The notes beneath the pieces were generated by a model. The model made no database searches and had not been told where the DNA came from. It worked only from the letters and a program-made list of their open reading frames with translations. This document shows, piece by piece, positions 37,501-50,473 of a DNA stretch of 64,000 nucleotides; the stretch's first letter is position 1; the number at the start of each line of letters is the position of its first letter. The stretch comes from Magallana gigas. Lineage: Eukaryota. A program made the translations under genes and the position numbers. Where the stretch lies: assembly GCF_963853765.1 (NCBI RefSeq), contig NC_088855.1, forward strand, positions 5,332,001 to 5,396,000. Reading direction: 5' to 3'.

Positions 37501-39105
37501 GATCAATACATTGATTACGATATAAAGATGAATTTTTGATGTCCAATTCTTAGAAACTAGCCAAAGGAATGACCTTTAAAAAGAGAAAAAAAATCAAAAG
37601 CATTTTCAGTTAGACCCTTCTATAGAAGTAGATTTGTACAATGACTTGGTTCATGAATAAATATATAGCTATTGTTTTTTTCTCAACTTCTTTTACCTTT
37701 GCTAGTCTAAACCTTGTTGCACTTCTGAGGTTCGTGATTCTTCTGACAAATGTACCCTTCTTTTAGGGATTTGTCATTTTTGTGACAATGTGTCGAGAGG
37801 CCCTAGATGATTACAGAAGATACAGACGTGACAAGGAAGCCAACTCCCAGAAATTCCGCAAGCTGACCAGAGATGGAATGGTTCCAGTTCCCAGTAGTAA
37901 CATCAAAGTCGGGGATCTTATTGTCGTAGACAAGGTCAGTTTATTTGGAATGATCAGTGCCTTAAAGAGACAGTGCAACTGACAACACGTGTGAATAACT
38001 TCAGATTTATCTATTGTATTGTTAGGAAATAAGAAATAACGTTGATTGTAATAGTTGAAATACATAAAAATCCCTTTCACATAATCAATGTAATTATGAG
38101 CTTCTGGAAATTTAAGGGTCTTACAAACCGGAATAATTTTATATCGTTTATTTGTACCACGTGGACTTTGATTGACATTAATTGACACGTGCTGAAAACT
38201 ACAAGATCTTCGTCTGACTACGATCATCATGGTATACGAGGTTTAAGGAACACATCATCACTTTATAATTTATAAATGGTTTCCCAATTTTGGTTCATAT
38301 TAAAATGAACAGACATAAATATGTCAAATAACCCCTCAAGGGGCGTCATTTACAAAAATGAATTTAGGTTGTAGCAACTCCTATGATAAACAAGCAAAAT
38401 GCATGCTTACAAAATAATAACTGTGGTTATTTTAAAAACTTTGAACAATTATTACCTGGGAGAAGTAGAAATGACATATTTTTATCAACAAACATGTCCA
38501 GGAGAATCTTCGCGAGCCCTGCATGTGGTTTGTTTACAGTAAATTTGCATGCATATTAGTATAGAAGGCTGAACCTCGTAACACGTTGCGATGTAGTTAT
38601 GTATAGGTTATAAGTAATTATTAATTTTAATGAAATAATTAGATTTATTTCATGGAGAACTTTGTAATTTTCTGAAAGTTTATTCATGAGTAGTACAATA
38701 ATACCGAACCCGATCGGAAATTTGTATTTGGAATTCAGGACCTCAAGAGCCTGCTGATACTCCCCATTGTTGTACATGCATGTAATCAGGATGTTTCTAT
38801 ATCACTGTGAATTTGGTGAGAATGTAGTTTTTTTGGGTTAAGGAGGACAACTGTCTATATGAACGTGTACTTGAAAGTTGACACCAGGTACTTTGGTTTG
38901 TTGATAGAATGAAATCATATCAATAAACTTGGTATTTATTTTTTGCAGAACCAGCGGGTGCCAGCAGACATGATTTTCTTGAGAACCACTGAGAAAACAG
39001 GTGCTTGTTTCATCAGAACAGATCAGCTGGATGGAGAGACGGACTGGAAACTGAAACTAGCAGTACAGAGTACTCAGAAACTCCAGACCAGTGTGGTGAG
39101 TTACT

Positions 39106-39159
<54 letters not shown>

Positions 39160-42100
39160 GGTTGTGAATATCTATAAATTTCTCTGTTTTAGGACATCCT
39201 GGATATCCATGCAGAGGTTTATGCAGAAGCCCCACAGAAAGATATCCACAGTTTTGTTGGGGTCTTCAAAAGGGTCAGCATTCATATGATAAAATTAATG
39301 TATCTATCAAAATTATTGATATTACAGCATTTAGAAATTCTCAAATAGCAACAATAAAATCCTGGCAGCCTCAGGTGAGGCATGTTTATTTAAGTATGTT
39401 CAGTTCTGAGTATTAGTATTTTGCCTCGGTGCCCATTGATTGTACATGTACCTTCATGTACACTAGCTATAGTAAAGTTAATATGTAGAAGAACATGGCA
39501 TTGTTATTTTGTGTACTTACAGTATGATGAACCTGTAGAAGACTCACTAAGTGTTGAGAACACACTTTGGTCTAATACAGTAGTGGCTTCAGGCTCAGCC
39601 CTTGGGGTAGTGATATATACAGGGGCGGAGACACGCAGTGTGATGAACACTTCTCAACCTCCATCAAAGGTATGGATTGATTGTTTATACGTGTAGATAA
39701 ATTCTATAATACAAATATTATGTTTTTAAGATAACCTCCCAAAATGCTTGACATTTGCTTTGTTTTCAATGGAGCAAGTCTAAGTTCATCTATGGTAATA
39801 TGCAGTCCATGCACAAAGGAAATTGTATCTGATATCCAAACTTTTATCTTTAATGATTCTTTATTACCCTTTTGAAGGTCCCCAAAAAACTGTGGATATC
39901 TTTATGTGGGGAATGAAAGAATGTGATCGGGGCCTTGACCTCCTTTTATGATGTTATCTGTGTGTGTCTGTAGGTTTGTTTGTTATGACTTGTCTGGGTG
40001 TCTCTAGGTTTGTCTGTCATGACTTGTCTGTGTGTCTGTAGATTGGTCTGTTATGACTTGTAGGTTTGTCTGTTATGGCTTGTCTGTGTGTCTGTAGGTT
40101 GTCTGTCATGACATGTCTGTGTGTCTGTAGGTTTTTTTGTTATGACTTGTCTGTGTGTCTGTAGGTTGTCTGTCATGACTTGTCTGTAGGTTGTCTGTCA
40201 TGACTTGTCTGTGTGTCTGTAGGTTGTCTGTTATGACTTGTCTGTGTGTCTGTAGGTTGTCTGTTATGACTTGTCTGTGTGTCTGTAGGTTTGTTTGTTA
40301 TGACTTGTCTGTGTGTCTGTAGGTTGTCTGTCATGACTTGTCTGTGTGTCTGTAGGTTGGTTTGTTATGACTTGTCTGTGTGTCTGTAGGTTGTCTGTCA
40401 TGACTTGTCTGTGTGTCTGTAGGTTTGTTTGTTATGACTTGTCTGTGTGTCGTCTGTCATGACTTGTCTGTGTGTCTGTAGGTTTGTTTGTTATGACTTG
40501 TCTGTGTGTCTGTAGGTTGTCTGTCATGACTTGTCTGTAAGTTGTCTGTCATGACTTGTGTGTGTGTCTGTAGGTTGGTCTGTCATGACTTGTCTGTGTG
40601 TCTGTAGGTTTGTTTGTTATGACTTGTCTGTGTGTCTGTACTCCATAGGTTATCTGTCATGACTTGTCTGTAAGTTGTCTGTTATGACTTGTCTGAGTGT
40701 CTGTAGGTTGTCTGTCATGATTTGTGTGTGTGTCTGTAGGTAGGTCTGTTATGACTTGTCTGTGTGTTTGTTGGTTTGTCTGTTATGATTTGTGTGTCTG
40801 AGTGTCTGTAGGTTGTCTGTTATGACTTGTCTGTAGGTTGTCTGTTATGACTTGTCTGCGTGTTTGTAGGTTGGCCTGCTGGACCTGGAGGTGAACACCC
40901 TGACCAAGCTGCTGTTTTCTGCTGTCCTCGTCCTGTCTGTGGTCATGCTGGCTCTGAAGGTATGTTTTCAATGACACTAACACTTTATACTTGGATTAAA
41001 TGTAGCTCAGGCTCTTTAAAATGATTTTGAATAATGCTTACTTGAACATGGTACTGAATGCCCTAATTCAAGATCTTATCACAGAAAACCATGATAAATT
41101 GTCTTCACTTCAGCACTGTTTTTTGAATCACAATATTCTGTTTTGACATTATTATAGATATTTTCTTTTTTTCAGGGATTTGAGGGGCCCTGGTACAGAT
41201 ATCTGTTTCGATTTATTCTTCTCTTTTCTTACATCATACCCATAAGGTACGGCATTATTTTTCGTTTCATTTGAAAATTTTAAAACTCCTTTAATCTGAA
41301 TTTACACTTTTAATCATTGAAACATGTTGATTATTTGTTGATTCTTTGTCAATTGTTATCAAATTTATAATCTTTGTAAGTCAATCTAATTAAAATTAGA
41401 CGTTCTGAATCCGCTACCGCTTCTCAAACATTTGAGAAGCAGTAGCAGATTCAGAACGTCTAATTTTAACAAGATTGTTTGAAATTGAGTTCCATACAAT
41501 GTGAATTTTGTTTTTTGTTTCTTTACTTTGTTCCATCTTTCAGTTTGAGAATCAATCTAGATATGGGCAAGGCAGCATATTCATTTATGATTCAAAAGGA
41601 TAAAGCAATCCCAGAAACCATCGCCCGTAGTACCACAATTCCTGAGGAACTGGGTCGAGTTAGCTACCTCATGTCAGATAAGACGGGCACACTCACTCAA
41701 AATGAAATGGTACGACATCTAATGTACCAATATTGTTATTTGCAATTTCAAAACTTGACAGTTTTTGTAAATGTAGTAAACAAGAGCATTCTGCATTAAC
41801 AGCTGGAATAAGATTAGGCATTCATTTAATATGGCTCTTATTGCTTCCAGGTTTTCAAAAAGTTACACTTAGGTACTGTGTCATTCACGCCCGAGACAAT
41901 GGATGAGGTAAGAATCTACAAAGCTGCTCTGTTTATCTCTCTAGCTATATATTACTATCTTATGCCTTGCTCAGTAAAGTTGGATCAATATAGAGCTAAG
42001 TTTATCAATATATGAAAATTTACATTGAATTTTGATAACAAACATGAATTTTTAAAGATGTTGAACTTCATCAGATTGTAAAAAATGTGGAAAAGGAAAT

Positions 42101-45100
42101 CTTAGATACAGGCTTTTGGATTTAGAGATATGAGTACATGTACATAATTCAAAAATCTGTTGAACAGGTGCAATCCCATTTGAGGACTACATTTGCCCAA
42201 CAACAGAAGGAGCCCCAGTCCTCACAACAGCCCTTCCTGGGCCCCTCCATGACCCCCTCACGTAGCAGTGGGCCTGTACGTCGGACGGTCATCACCCGAG
42301 TGTTTGAGGCAGTGAGGGCCCTGGCCCTGTGTCACAATGTCACCCCTGTCTATGAGGAGAGTGACAACAGTGAGGCTGGATACGAAACTGAGGCTGACCA
42401 ACAGAGTCAGCAGGAAGTGGTGTACCAGGCCTCCAGTCCCGACGAGGTCAGTGTCAGAAAGAGGCTTTGATGTCATTGTCCATTATGAAATGTGATTTTG
42501 TTATTTATGGTGTAGTTAGCTTGGATTGGAATAGTTAGCAGTGTATTAATGGATTAGCTTTTCCTTTTGTATTAGTTGGTACAGTCTGCTTTGTCTCTTA
42601 AGATACAGATGTCTTGTATTAGTATATATTTACATCAATACACTAATTAATTTTAAAGAAAAACAACTTGCTAATGAAAGAGACGATCGGTCAGTCTGGG
42701 TTAGTGGTCACTTGTATGATTGAATTGACTGAGGTTTGCAACACTTCATACAGCACCATTTAGAGTTTGTGTCTGTGTTCCAGGTAGCACTAGTGACGTG
42801 GACAGAGAGTGTGGGGCTGACGTTACTGAAGAGAGATCTGAACTCCATGCAGCTGCGAGCCCCCAACGGCTCGGTCATCAACTATCACATCCTCCATATC
42901 TTCCCGTTCACCTCTGAAACCAAGAGAATGGGGATCATTGTAAAGGTACCTCTCTCACTTACCACTAGATAATGTTTTATATATGAACAAGTTGTACTTG
43001 AACTGTTTCTTAATTGAATTCATAAACCTATTGTCATATCCTCTATTTTTAGGAAGAGAAAACAGGAGAGATTTCCTTTTACATGAAAGGAGCTGATGTT
43101 GTTATGCAGACAATTGTGCAGTATAATGATTGGCTGGAAGAAGAGGTGAAAGGTCATGATTTTGTGAAGGAAATTCAAAATTTGAATAGATTAATTTTAC
43201 ATTTATTTTTTTGCTTGTGGTCTCTCTTCAGTGTGGAAATATGGCAAGAGAAGGGCTTCGTACTTTGGTGGTTGCCAAGAAAATACTGACTGAAGAACAG
43301 TACCAAGAATTTGATGTAAGTTTATAGAAAATTTATCATTTATTAGAAATTGAACTTTCAAGTACAGGTTCATGTTATTTTATGTCAAATATCAATCTTG
43401 ATTTACATTATATGACTCTTTTTACATAAGTGTGAATCTTTTCTTAATTTTTAGCAGTGTGTCAAAATCTGTAATATTTGATATATGGAATTAGAAAAAA
43501 ACCTTTAGTTTTTTGAAAGGTAAGTAGTAGATGATCAGCAATATAGAAATAATATTTTATTTTCTAGAATCGGTATCATCAAGCTAAGATGAGCATCCAG
43601 GACAGAAATACCAAAGTCCAGGGGGTGATAGAGAGCTTGGAGAGGGACATGGAGCTGTTGTGTCTGACCGGGGTTGAGGACAAGCTACAGGATGGGGTCA
43701 GGCCGACCCTGGAAATGCTGAAAAATGCTGGCATCAAGGTCAGAACAAATTGTGTCATCTAAATCAGTTATTACAGATGTACTAGCACTTACATTGAATC
43801 AATCTCTGGGTTTCATAATGCTTAAGAACCCAGGTTCATTAGGTGTCAAGGTTATATAATGCAGAGAAAAAATGGTGTGAAGATCATCTTATGTGAAGGT
43901 CAAGGTCATCTTTTTATAATCCCAAACAGAAATATCAACAAAAACAACATGCTTTTTGTTAAAAAAAAAATATTTCGACTTGGACAATAATTACGGTGTT
44001 GCTAAAACACTGATAAGTATGGACTAGTTTTCTGATGTTGAATATTCTGTGACAGGTGTGGATGCTGACAGGGGATAAACTGGAGACGGCTATATGTATC
44101 GCCAAGAGTTCCAAGCTGGTGTCCAGGACTCAGGACGTCCACATCTTTGGTGTGGTCAATGGCAGAACAGAGGCTCACTTACAGCTGAACGCACTCAGGA
44201 AGAAACAAGACAATGCTCTGATAATCACTGGCAACTCTCTACAGGTATTGTGTTCATTTGTAAAATGGACATCAATCAATTGATAATTTTTATCATCAAT
44301 TTTAATTGTACTGAAATGTTTTCCTTATAATATACTGTAAACCAACTTTTATTTGTGAAAACTTTATTTTGTGATTTATTGGAGAATAACTGGTTCTTGA
44401 AAACTTATTCTTACGAACAAGATGTAGAAAAAAATATACCTTAGATATTTAAGAACTGGTGCGTAGCGGGAAATATCTGTGACAACGAGGACATTGTGAC
44501 CTTGTGAAAATTTTTCGCATATGAATAAAAAATTTGTTGACAGTACACTGTAATATAATATTTGTTCCCAGATGTAATCTTATAAAATTTTTAGGACAAT
44601 ATTTGTTTTTCACAATGAAGGATGGATGAATCCAGTTTGATAATGATTTTCAAATTTTATGTTTGTGGTACAGGTGTGCCTTAAATACTATGAACACGAG
44701 TTTGTGGAGTTGGCCTGTCAATGTCCGTCAGTCGTCGTCTGTCGATGTTCTCCAACTCAGAAAGCTGACATCGTAAAGCTCCTACAGAACCACACAGGCA
44801 AACGCACATGCTCGATAGGTACAGAGTTTTCTTTTATATTATTACATTTACATTTTCTCACATTATATGATCCATGTGTGATTGGTTTCATTAATCATTA
44901 TACAATCTTTTAATGTTACAATAAAATAAATAAAGAACATAGTCTACACCAAACAATGTTGAATGGCTTCTGAAGGAAGTCACTGAAACTGGAAGGTATT
45001 GTATTCTAATAAAATATTTATTACAAGATCTGTAAAACAACTTTGTATTTTGTAGGAGATGGAGGAAATGATGTCAGCATGATTCAAGCAGCGAATGTTG

Positions 45101-47238
45101 GAGTGGGAATTGTGGGAAAAGTATGTAACGTTTCACATTAGCAAGTACTCTTAATGATTAACTCTATTAACATGTTTTTCTGTACTGATTTTCCTGCAGA
45201 TGTAGTTCCCATAGTGTAGGACATTCTAACAACATGGTATTTTGTTGTAATTACAGGAGGGTAAGCAGGCATCCCTTGCCGCCGATTTCTCCATCACTCA
45301 GTTCAGTCACATTGGTCGACTCCTGATGGTGCACGGCAGAAACAGGTCAGAAAAACGGGCCTTTATACATCATTATCTGAAAAAAGGACTTCATAAAAAC
45401 TTTATAATCTTCCCAATTAAGGATTTGATGTGAAAAAATGCACAAAATTTGTAAATGACTGACAAAAATTAATGGATTTGTCTTGTTTTGATCTTACAAG
45501 ATGTTCTGTTCTATTTGTAGTTACAAACGCTCAGCTGCCCTCAGTCAGTTCGTCATGCATCGTGGCCTGATCATCTCAACAATGCAGGCCGTATTCTGCT
45601 CCGTGTTTTATTTTGCGTCTATTGCTCTATTCCCAGGCTTTCTCATGATTGGGTAAATATAAAAAAAATTAACGTGCAAAACATTTGAAAAACTTCAATA
45701 GATTATTGTACATGGGAGTACATTTTTGTTGCAGATTAATTGCTACATGTACATGTGATTTTATCTCGTATGAAAGAGATAGTCACCATGATTATTGATT
45801 TTGATTCTTTAAATTTTTATTAACCATAAAACAGTCCATCTATTCTCATTAATCAACACCCGCAATAGGATAATTTTACTTCTTCTATAAAACATCTGTG
45901 TCTGTTACAGCTATGCCACCGTTTATACAATGTACCCTGTGTTTTCCCTGGTGCTTGACAAGGATGTTTCCGCGGAAACAGCAATGACCTATCCAGAACT
46001 GTATAAGGAACTAGTCAAGGTAACCTGTCTCCTTAAGGAAGCATGCTACAGAAATATGAGGCTCGAACTGAGATATATTTTTTTTATGAAAATCCAAGAG
46101 TTTCAGAAATTTAACCTCTTGTCTTTTACTGAGAGTTCTTTATTTATGTCTGTTTCAGGGGAGATCACTTTCCTTTAAAACATTTTTCCTGTGGGTTCTT
46201 ATTAGTATATATCAAGGTGAGTTATTTGGATTTTGTGTTATTGTATCATGTCATTATAAAAGAGGGTACAGTATACACCAATAGGTACATGTAAATAATC
46301 CCAATGAAAACAATGAGTACCGTATATTCGGTAATTTTCACGGTGATCTAATTTTAGGTTTTTTCACTAGCTCTTTTAAATCGCAAATAATTGAATATGC
46401 ATAAATTATATCCTGTATCATTTTCTATTACAAACTTTTGAAATTGCAGAATATGACTAACGCAAATTAAAAAGGTTACAGATTTTCCCCATTTTTTGCA
46501 AATATTGTGACACGAAAAAAACGGATATACGGTATTTGATAATCCACTAACAGAATGATGCTATGATGCAGTAGTAACAAGACATGAACATTGAATTGTT
46601 TACAGATGACTGCAAAGTTAATTTCAGTAATCTTTTATCAGAGGACCAGATGAGAGACATTTTTAGTCATTAAATATATTTACTGGTACCGATTTTATGA
46701 AAATTGCATACAAGTAGATAAAACAATATTTATATTGCACATGCATTTTTTAACACCTCTTTTTCAAGGTGGTATCATTATCTATGGTGCTCTGTGGCTT
46801 TTTGACGAGGACTTTGTTCACGTGGTGTCCATAACCTTCACTGCCCTGATTCTGACAGAACTGCTGATGGTTGCCTTGACGATAAGAACCTGGCATTGGG
46901 CCATGGCTGTAGCTGAAGTGTTCAGTTTGGCAATCTATATCGCTTCTCTCATCGTTTTGCGGAATTACTTTGGTAAGTTCATAATTATAATTTGTCCCCA
47001 AGATAATGAATTGCTTCTTTGGATATATTGTTCCATAAAGAGCCTTTAAATAAAAAAAAAATTGTCTGTCAATGATGATAAAGTTTTGCATCATTTTATT
47101 ACAGATGGGACCTTTCTGAGGACCTTTGACTTTATATGGAAAGTGGTGGCCATTACATCAGTTAGCTGTATACCCCTGTATATCCTAAAGTACCTGCGCA
47201 AGAAGTTCTCTCCCCCTGTATATGCCAAATTAACATGA
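34530..47238 (+). CDS. ATP9B: P4-ATPase (probable phospholipid flippase), ATP9A/B subfamily, 26 exons
   Basis: Exon 1 is 34530-34597 or 34555-34610 (ambiguous), then 34920-35108, 35874-36015, 36207-36320, 37767-37934, 38949-39095, 39193-39273, 39523-39669, 40870-40959, 41176-41246, 41544-41709, 41851-41907, 42168-42446, 42784-42945, 43053-43145, 43232-43315, 43568-43738, 44056-44244, 44674-44818, 45056-45120, 45257-45345, 45521-45652, 45911-46019, 46159-46216, 46769-46972, 47105-47238 (TGA). Motifs [40 protein letters not shown]; the N-terminal LDEMPLM resembles ATP9B. Confidence 0.95.
36362..37256 (+). mobile_element. HINE (Helentron-associated)-type element with ~4.5 tandem 146-148-bp repeats (ATP9B intron 4)
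   Basis: 5' TTTTTATACCCC...GGGGGGTATA inverted repeat, (GTCY)n microsatellite, repeat register ATTGCT at 36503/36651/36797/36943/37089, 3' GCGGGGGGTATC subterminal repeat. Confidence 0.8.
39107..39156. repeat. (CT)25 microsatellite filling about half of 97-nt ATP9B intron 6
   Basis: Direct reading of the sequence. Confidence 0.98.
39955..40869 (+). repeat. 33/34-bp minisatellite abutting the ATP9B exon 9 acceptor
   Basis: Unit GTT(G/T)GTCTGTYATGACTTGTCTGTGTGTCTGTAG, roughly 27-28 copies; the last unit ends in the real acceptor AG at 40868-69. Confidence 0.97.
41382..41477. mobile_element. 96-bp imperfect hairpin MITE (ATP9B intron 10)
   Basis: CAATCTAATTAAAATTAGACGTTCTGAATC...GATTCAGAACGTCTAATTTTAACAAGATTG; flanks TTTGTAAGT / TTTGAAATT (7/9 identical). 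Confidence 0.75.
46320..46532. mobile_element. Tc1/mariner-type MITE with TA TSD (ATP9B intron 24)
   Basis: TA|CCGTATATTCGG ... ACGGATATACGG|TA; terminus similar to the pogo-like element at 12372. Confidence 0.65.
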
Positions 47239-48469
47239 TGAATTCTCAAATCAGTTTCTTTTTGACTGATTCATTAAGTTACTGGTATGTGTACGGTACA
47301 TTATAAGGAAATCACCAAACAAAAGTTAATACTTGCCTCCATGTGAAATACTTGTGTATTGTATGTGTATTCTGAGCTTATTGGATTTCTGATCTCTAAT
47401 GTTAAGAAGTGATCCCAGGGTGTTTCAAAACATGTCCCAACTTTACCCTGTAGACTTCTCAACAGTTCTAGGTTTTAGTCATTCCAGTTTACAATATTTT
47501 CATTGTAAATAATCTACATTCTGTAAGTGCTTTGCTTGATGAATGATATGTAAAACCATGCATTTAGTGCGATTCTTTTAATGATGTCTTGTACAATCAG
47601 TGCTCTGTCAAATTTTTACTAATGGAAACTATCAGTCTTTCTGTGCAGTTCAATTTTCTCTATTGCTTATATTTCTTTTTGGTTTTTTTTTTCTTTCCTT
47701 TTTTGTATGTTTTACCGGTATATATTATTGATGATTCAAGAACTTGATGTTGGATGGATGTTCTTAAAGACGCATGTCCATATCTTGGATTACAGCAGTA
47801 CAATGTATAAATGATTAAAATAATAACTCGGCTATTACCTGTAGCACTTATATGGATATTAAAGTTTGTTTCAAAATGAAATGGTAAGAAATTGATAACT
47901 ACTAAAATAAAGTTGCTTTTGAAATGGTAATAAATTTTTGACTACTTTTTCAAAATTTTCTTTTAAAATGAAGACCAACATTCTGATTTCTGTTTTAAGT
48001 AAAGCAAACTTTGGATTCAAAACAAGTTGCATACTATCCACAGGGTCTAAATGTTTACAGTTTCATTGTCTAGAGCAGCCAGCCATACTGGCACCTATGT
48101 AATAAGCCGATTCATTGAGATTAATGTTATTCTTGTACATGTTTTATATTTATTGCTACAACTTTTTTTCTGGGGCATGGTAAACCTCTGAAAATTAAAA
48201 AAAATATTCCATCAAATGTTGTGATATTTCTTTAGCCATTATACATACTTTAACCATTCTTTTCTTATTACCTTGGTGTTAAAAATCACAATGGTGTCAG
48301 TGATGAAGTATTTGTACAGCTTTTCATCAACTGTGTTGTGTCCATTATTAAGGGTCTTAAGTGCAAGAGAAAAGAGTATGAATTGGGTTAATACCCTAAA
48401 CTCCAACAAGTGAAAAGCTGTCAATGTGACAGCAAACCGGGTTTTCATTTATGTGAACTGTATCCATAA

Positions 48470-48760
48470 TCCATGTCAACCCGTCGTATCCAGTGAAATG
48501 GAGTACCATATATGCAATATTTTGCCAAAAAATGATTAAGTTCAAAAGCTGGTATTTTTTTCATAAATTATCAGAAATCAAAATCCTAGCAATATGCACA
48601 CCTCTAATATAAGTACAATTGACCTGCAAAAGAACAACTTATCTTGAAAACTGTAGGAGGAGTTATCCGTACAATGAGGGTACCCTTTTGGCAGCCACCC
48701 GCCCGCCATTTTCACCATTTTAATAACCGGATTTTTCCGTTGGAAAACCTTGTTAAAAAG
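48470..48760 (-). mobile_element. Short HINE-like element in reverse orientation
   Basis: GCCACCCGCCCGCC microsatellite remnant followed by the AACCGGATTTTTCCGTTGGAAAACCTTGTTAAAA terminal inverted motif. Confidence 0.45.
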
Positions 48761-50473
48761 GATACATTTTAGTAGGAAAGGAGATTCATGATCATAATTT
48801 TTGGATTTACCTCAACAATTGTACAGGCATTTCTTCAATGAAATCTTAATGCATTTGCAAGGCTGAGACTCAGTGACAGATATTTCTTGTGAATTTTAAA
48901 AATCTTGTGTGCATTGTTTGGATTTTAAAAAAGTTTACTAAAACATGTATGGTAATAAAGATGGGATGTTGACGGCCGGAGGGCAGTCATATACTGGGTA
49001 CAACATACAGGTTGTTACTGATAAATGCTACCGGTACTAAAATTACTTTCAACCTCTGGGAGCAATCTCATCAGTAGTGAGGGTCACTGAGCTACATGTT
49101 ATACATGCATAACTAAAGAATCGGTGAATCTGAGATAACTTTAATGATACAACATAGTAATAACATTAACAACCAGGTTCAAGTAAAACTTATTGTATAA
49201 AATGGCCTCAGTTCTAAAAAAAAGCTCCAAAAAATTATGTCAAAACTTTATGTAAACAAAAAAAGAAATAGGGAATTATACAAAATTAATAAAAAGAAAG
49301 TAAGAAAAAAAGCTACAGATTTTGCATCCAATATTTTTTTTATTAGACATACATGGTATATCTTGCAGAGATATTCAACATATTGTTGGCACAAAATATA
49401 GTGTGAGGGAAGAGCACCTGCTACAAGTCAAAAACAAATTAGACTTTAATTTTCTGATTTCATTAAAATGACACACTACAGTTTTTGCAAATTAATATTC
49501 CTCTTTTATCAATAATAATTATTTTTATTGATCTTGTCTCTTACATATGTACACACATGGGCTGATCTTGTCGGCATATTAAAATGAACTTTGTAGCAAG
49601 TGTTCTTAAGAAAAATATGTTTGCATCCTGTAACAGGAAAAAAATTCACAAGTTTCAATACTCTTACAATCAAAGCTCTCAATCATGGATTGCATCAAAA
49701 AGGATAAAAAAAACCTACACATTTCACTAATACTTTTCAATCTGAATTCTAAACCATTGTAACATATGAAGATCTTTCCTACTTATTTCTCTTGCACAGA
49801 CAGATGGCATGTTTAACTATATAACTACTCTGCATGCATAAATGTTGTGGACAAAAGAGCTAGGCTCCCAGAATCACAGAACATTCAATATTGTATAACA
49901 ATAAATATTGAGTTTCATGATCAATCACAAGCAGAAAGTGCTTCAAGGTTTTGTTTACACTTGAGACCAATCAGATTTAGCTCTTGACAGTTCTAAACTG
50001 CACTTATACTCAAACCACTCATAAAACATGTTCTAAAGATAATAGTTCTACCCAATTCAAGAATTCACCATTAATGCCACACGCAGGATCTTGTTTATAA
50101 CCTTGAACTAAGAAACTGATATGCAAACCAATGTATTCTAAATAGTCCTTAGCAAACATCGGCCAGTACCCTGGTATTCCACTCACCGCCAGAAGTTGAT
50201 ACTTGGTTGGCGAGTTGTTAAAATTATACAATAAATCATAGAAAGAGGAGGTCATTATGTGTTTGTCTGTGCTTTCTCTAGTTATGCACTTCTGTTTTCC
50301 AAGTACATGTATACAATGTTATTCAAGTTACAATTGAAATAAATAATTTGCAGCAAAATTAAAGCATTGAACGGATGTCTACATCCCATTCTACTGAACG
50401 CTTCATTCCTATAGCCCCTGTACGTAGTAGTTCATCAGATCTGTCCCTGGCCTGTGGTCTGTGTATAGGCGGA

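Noticed and set aside
39955-40869. Regular short repeats superficially resembling a CRISPR array
   Set aside because: Units are head-to-tail with no unique spacers, the context is a eukaryotic intron, and there are no cas genes.
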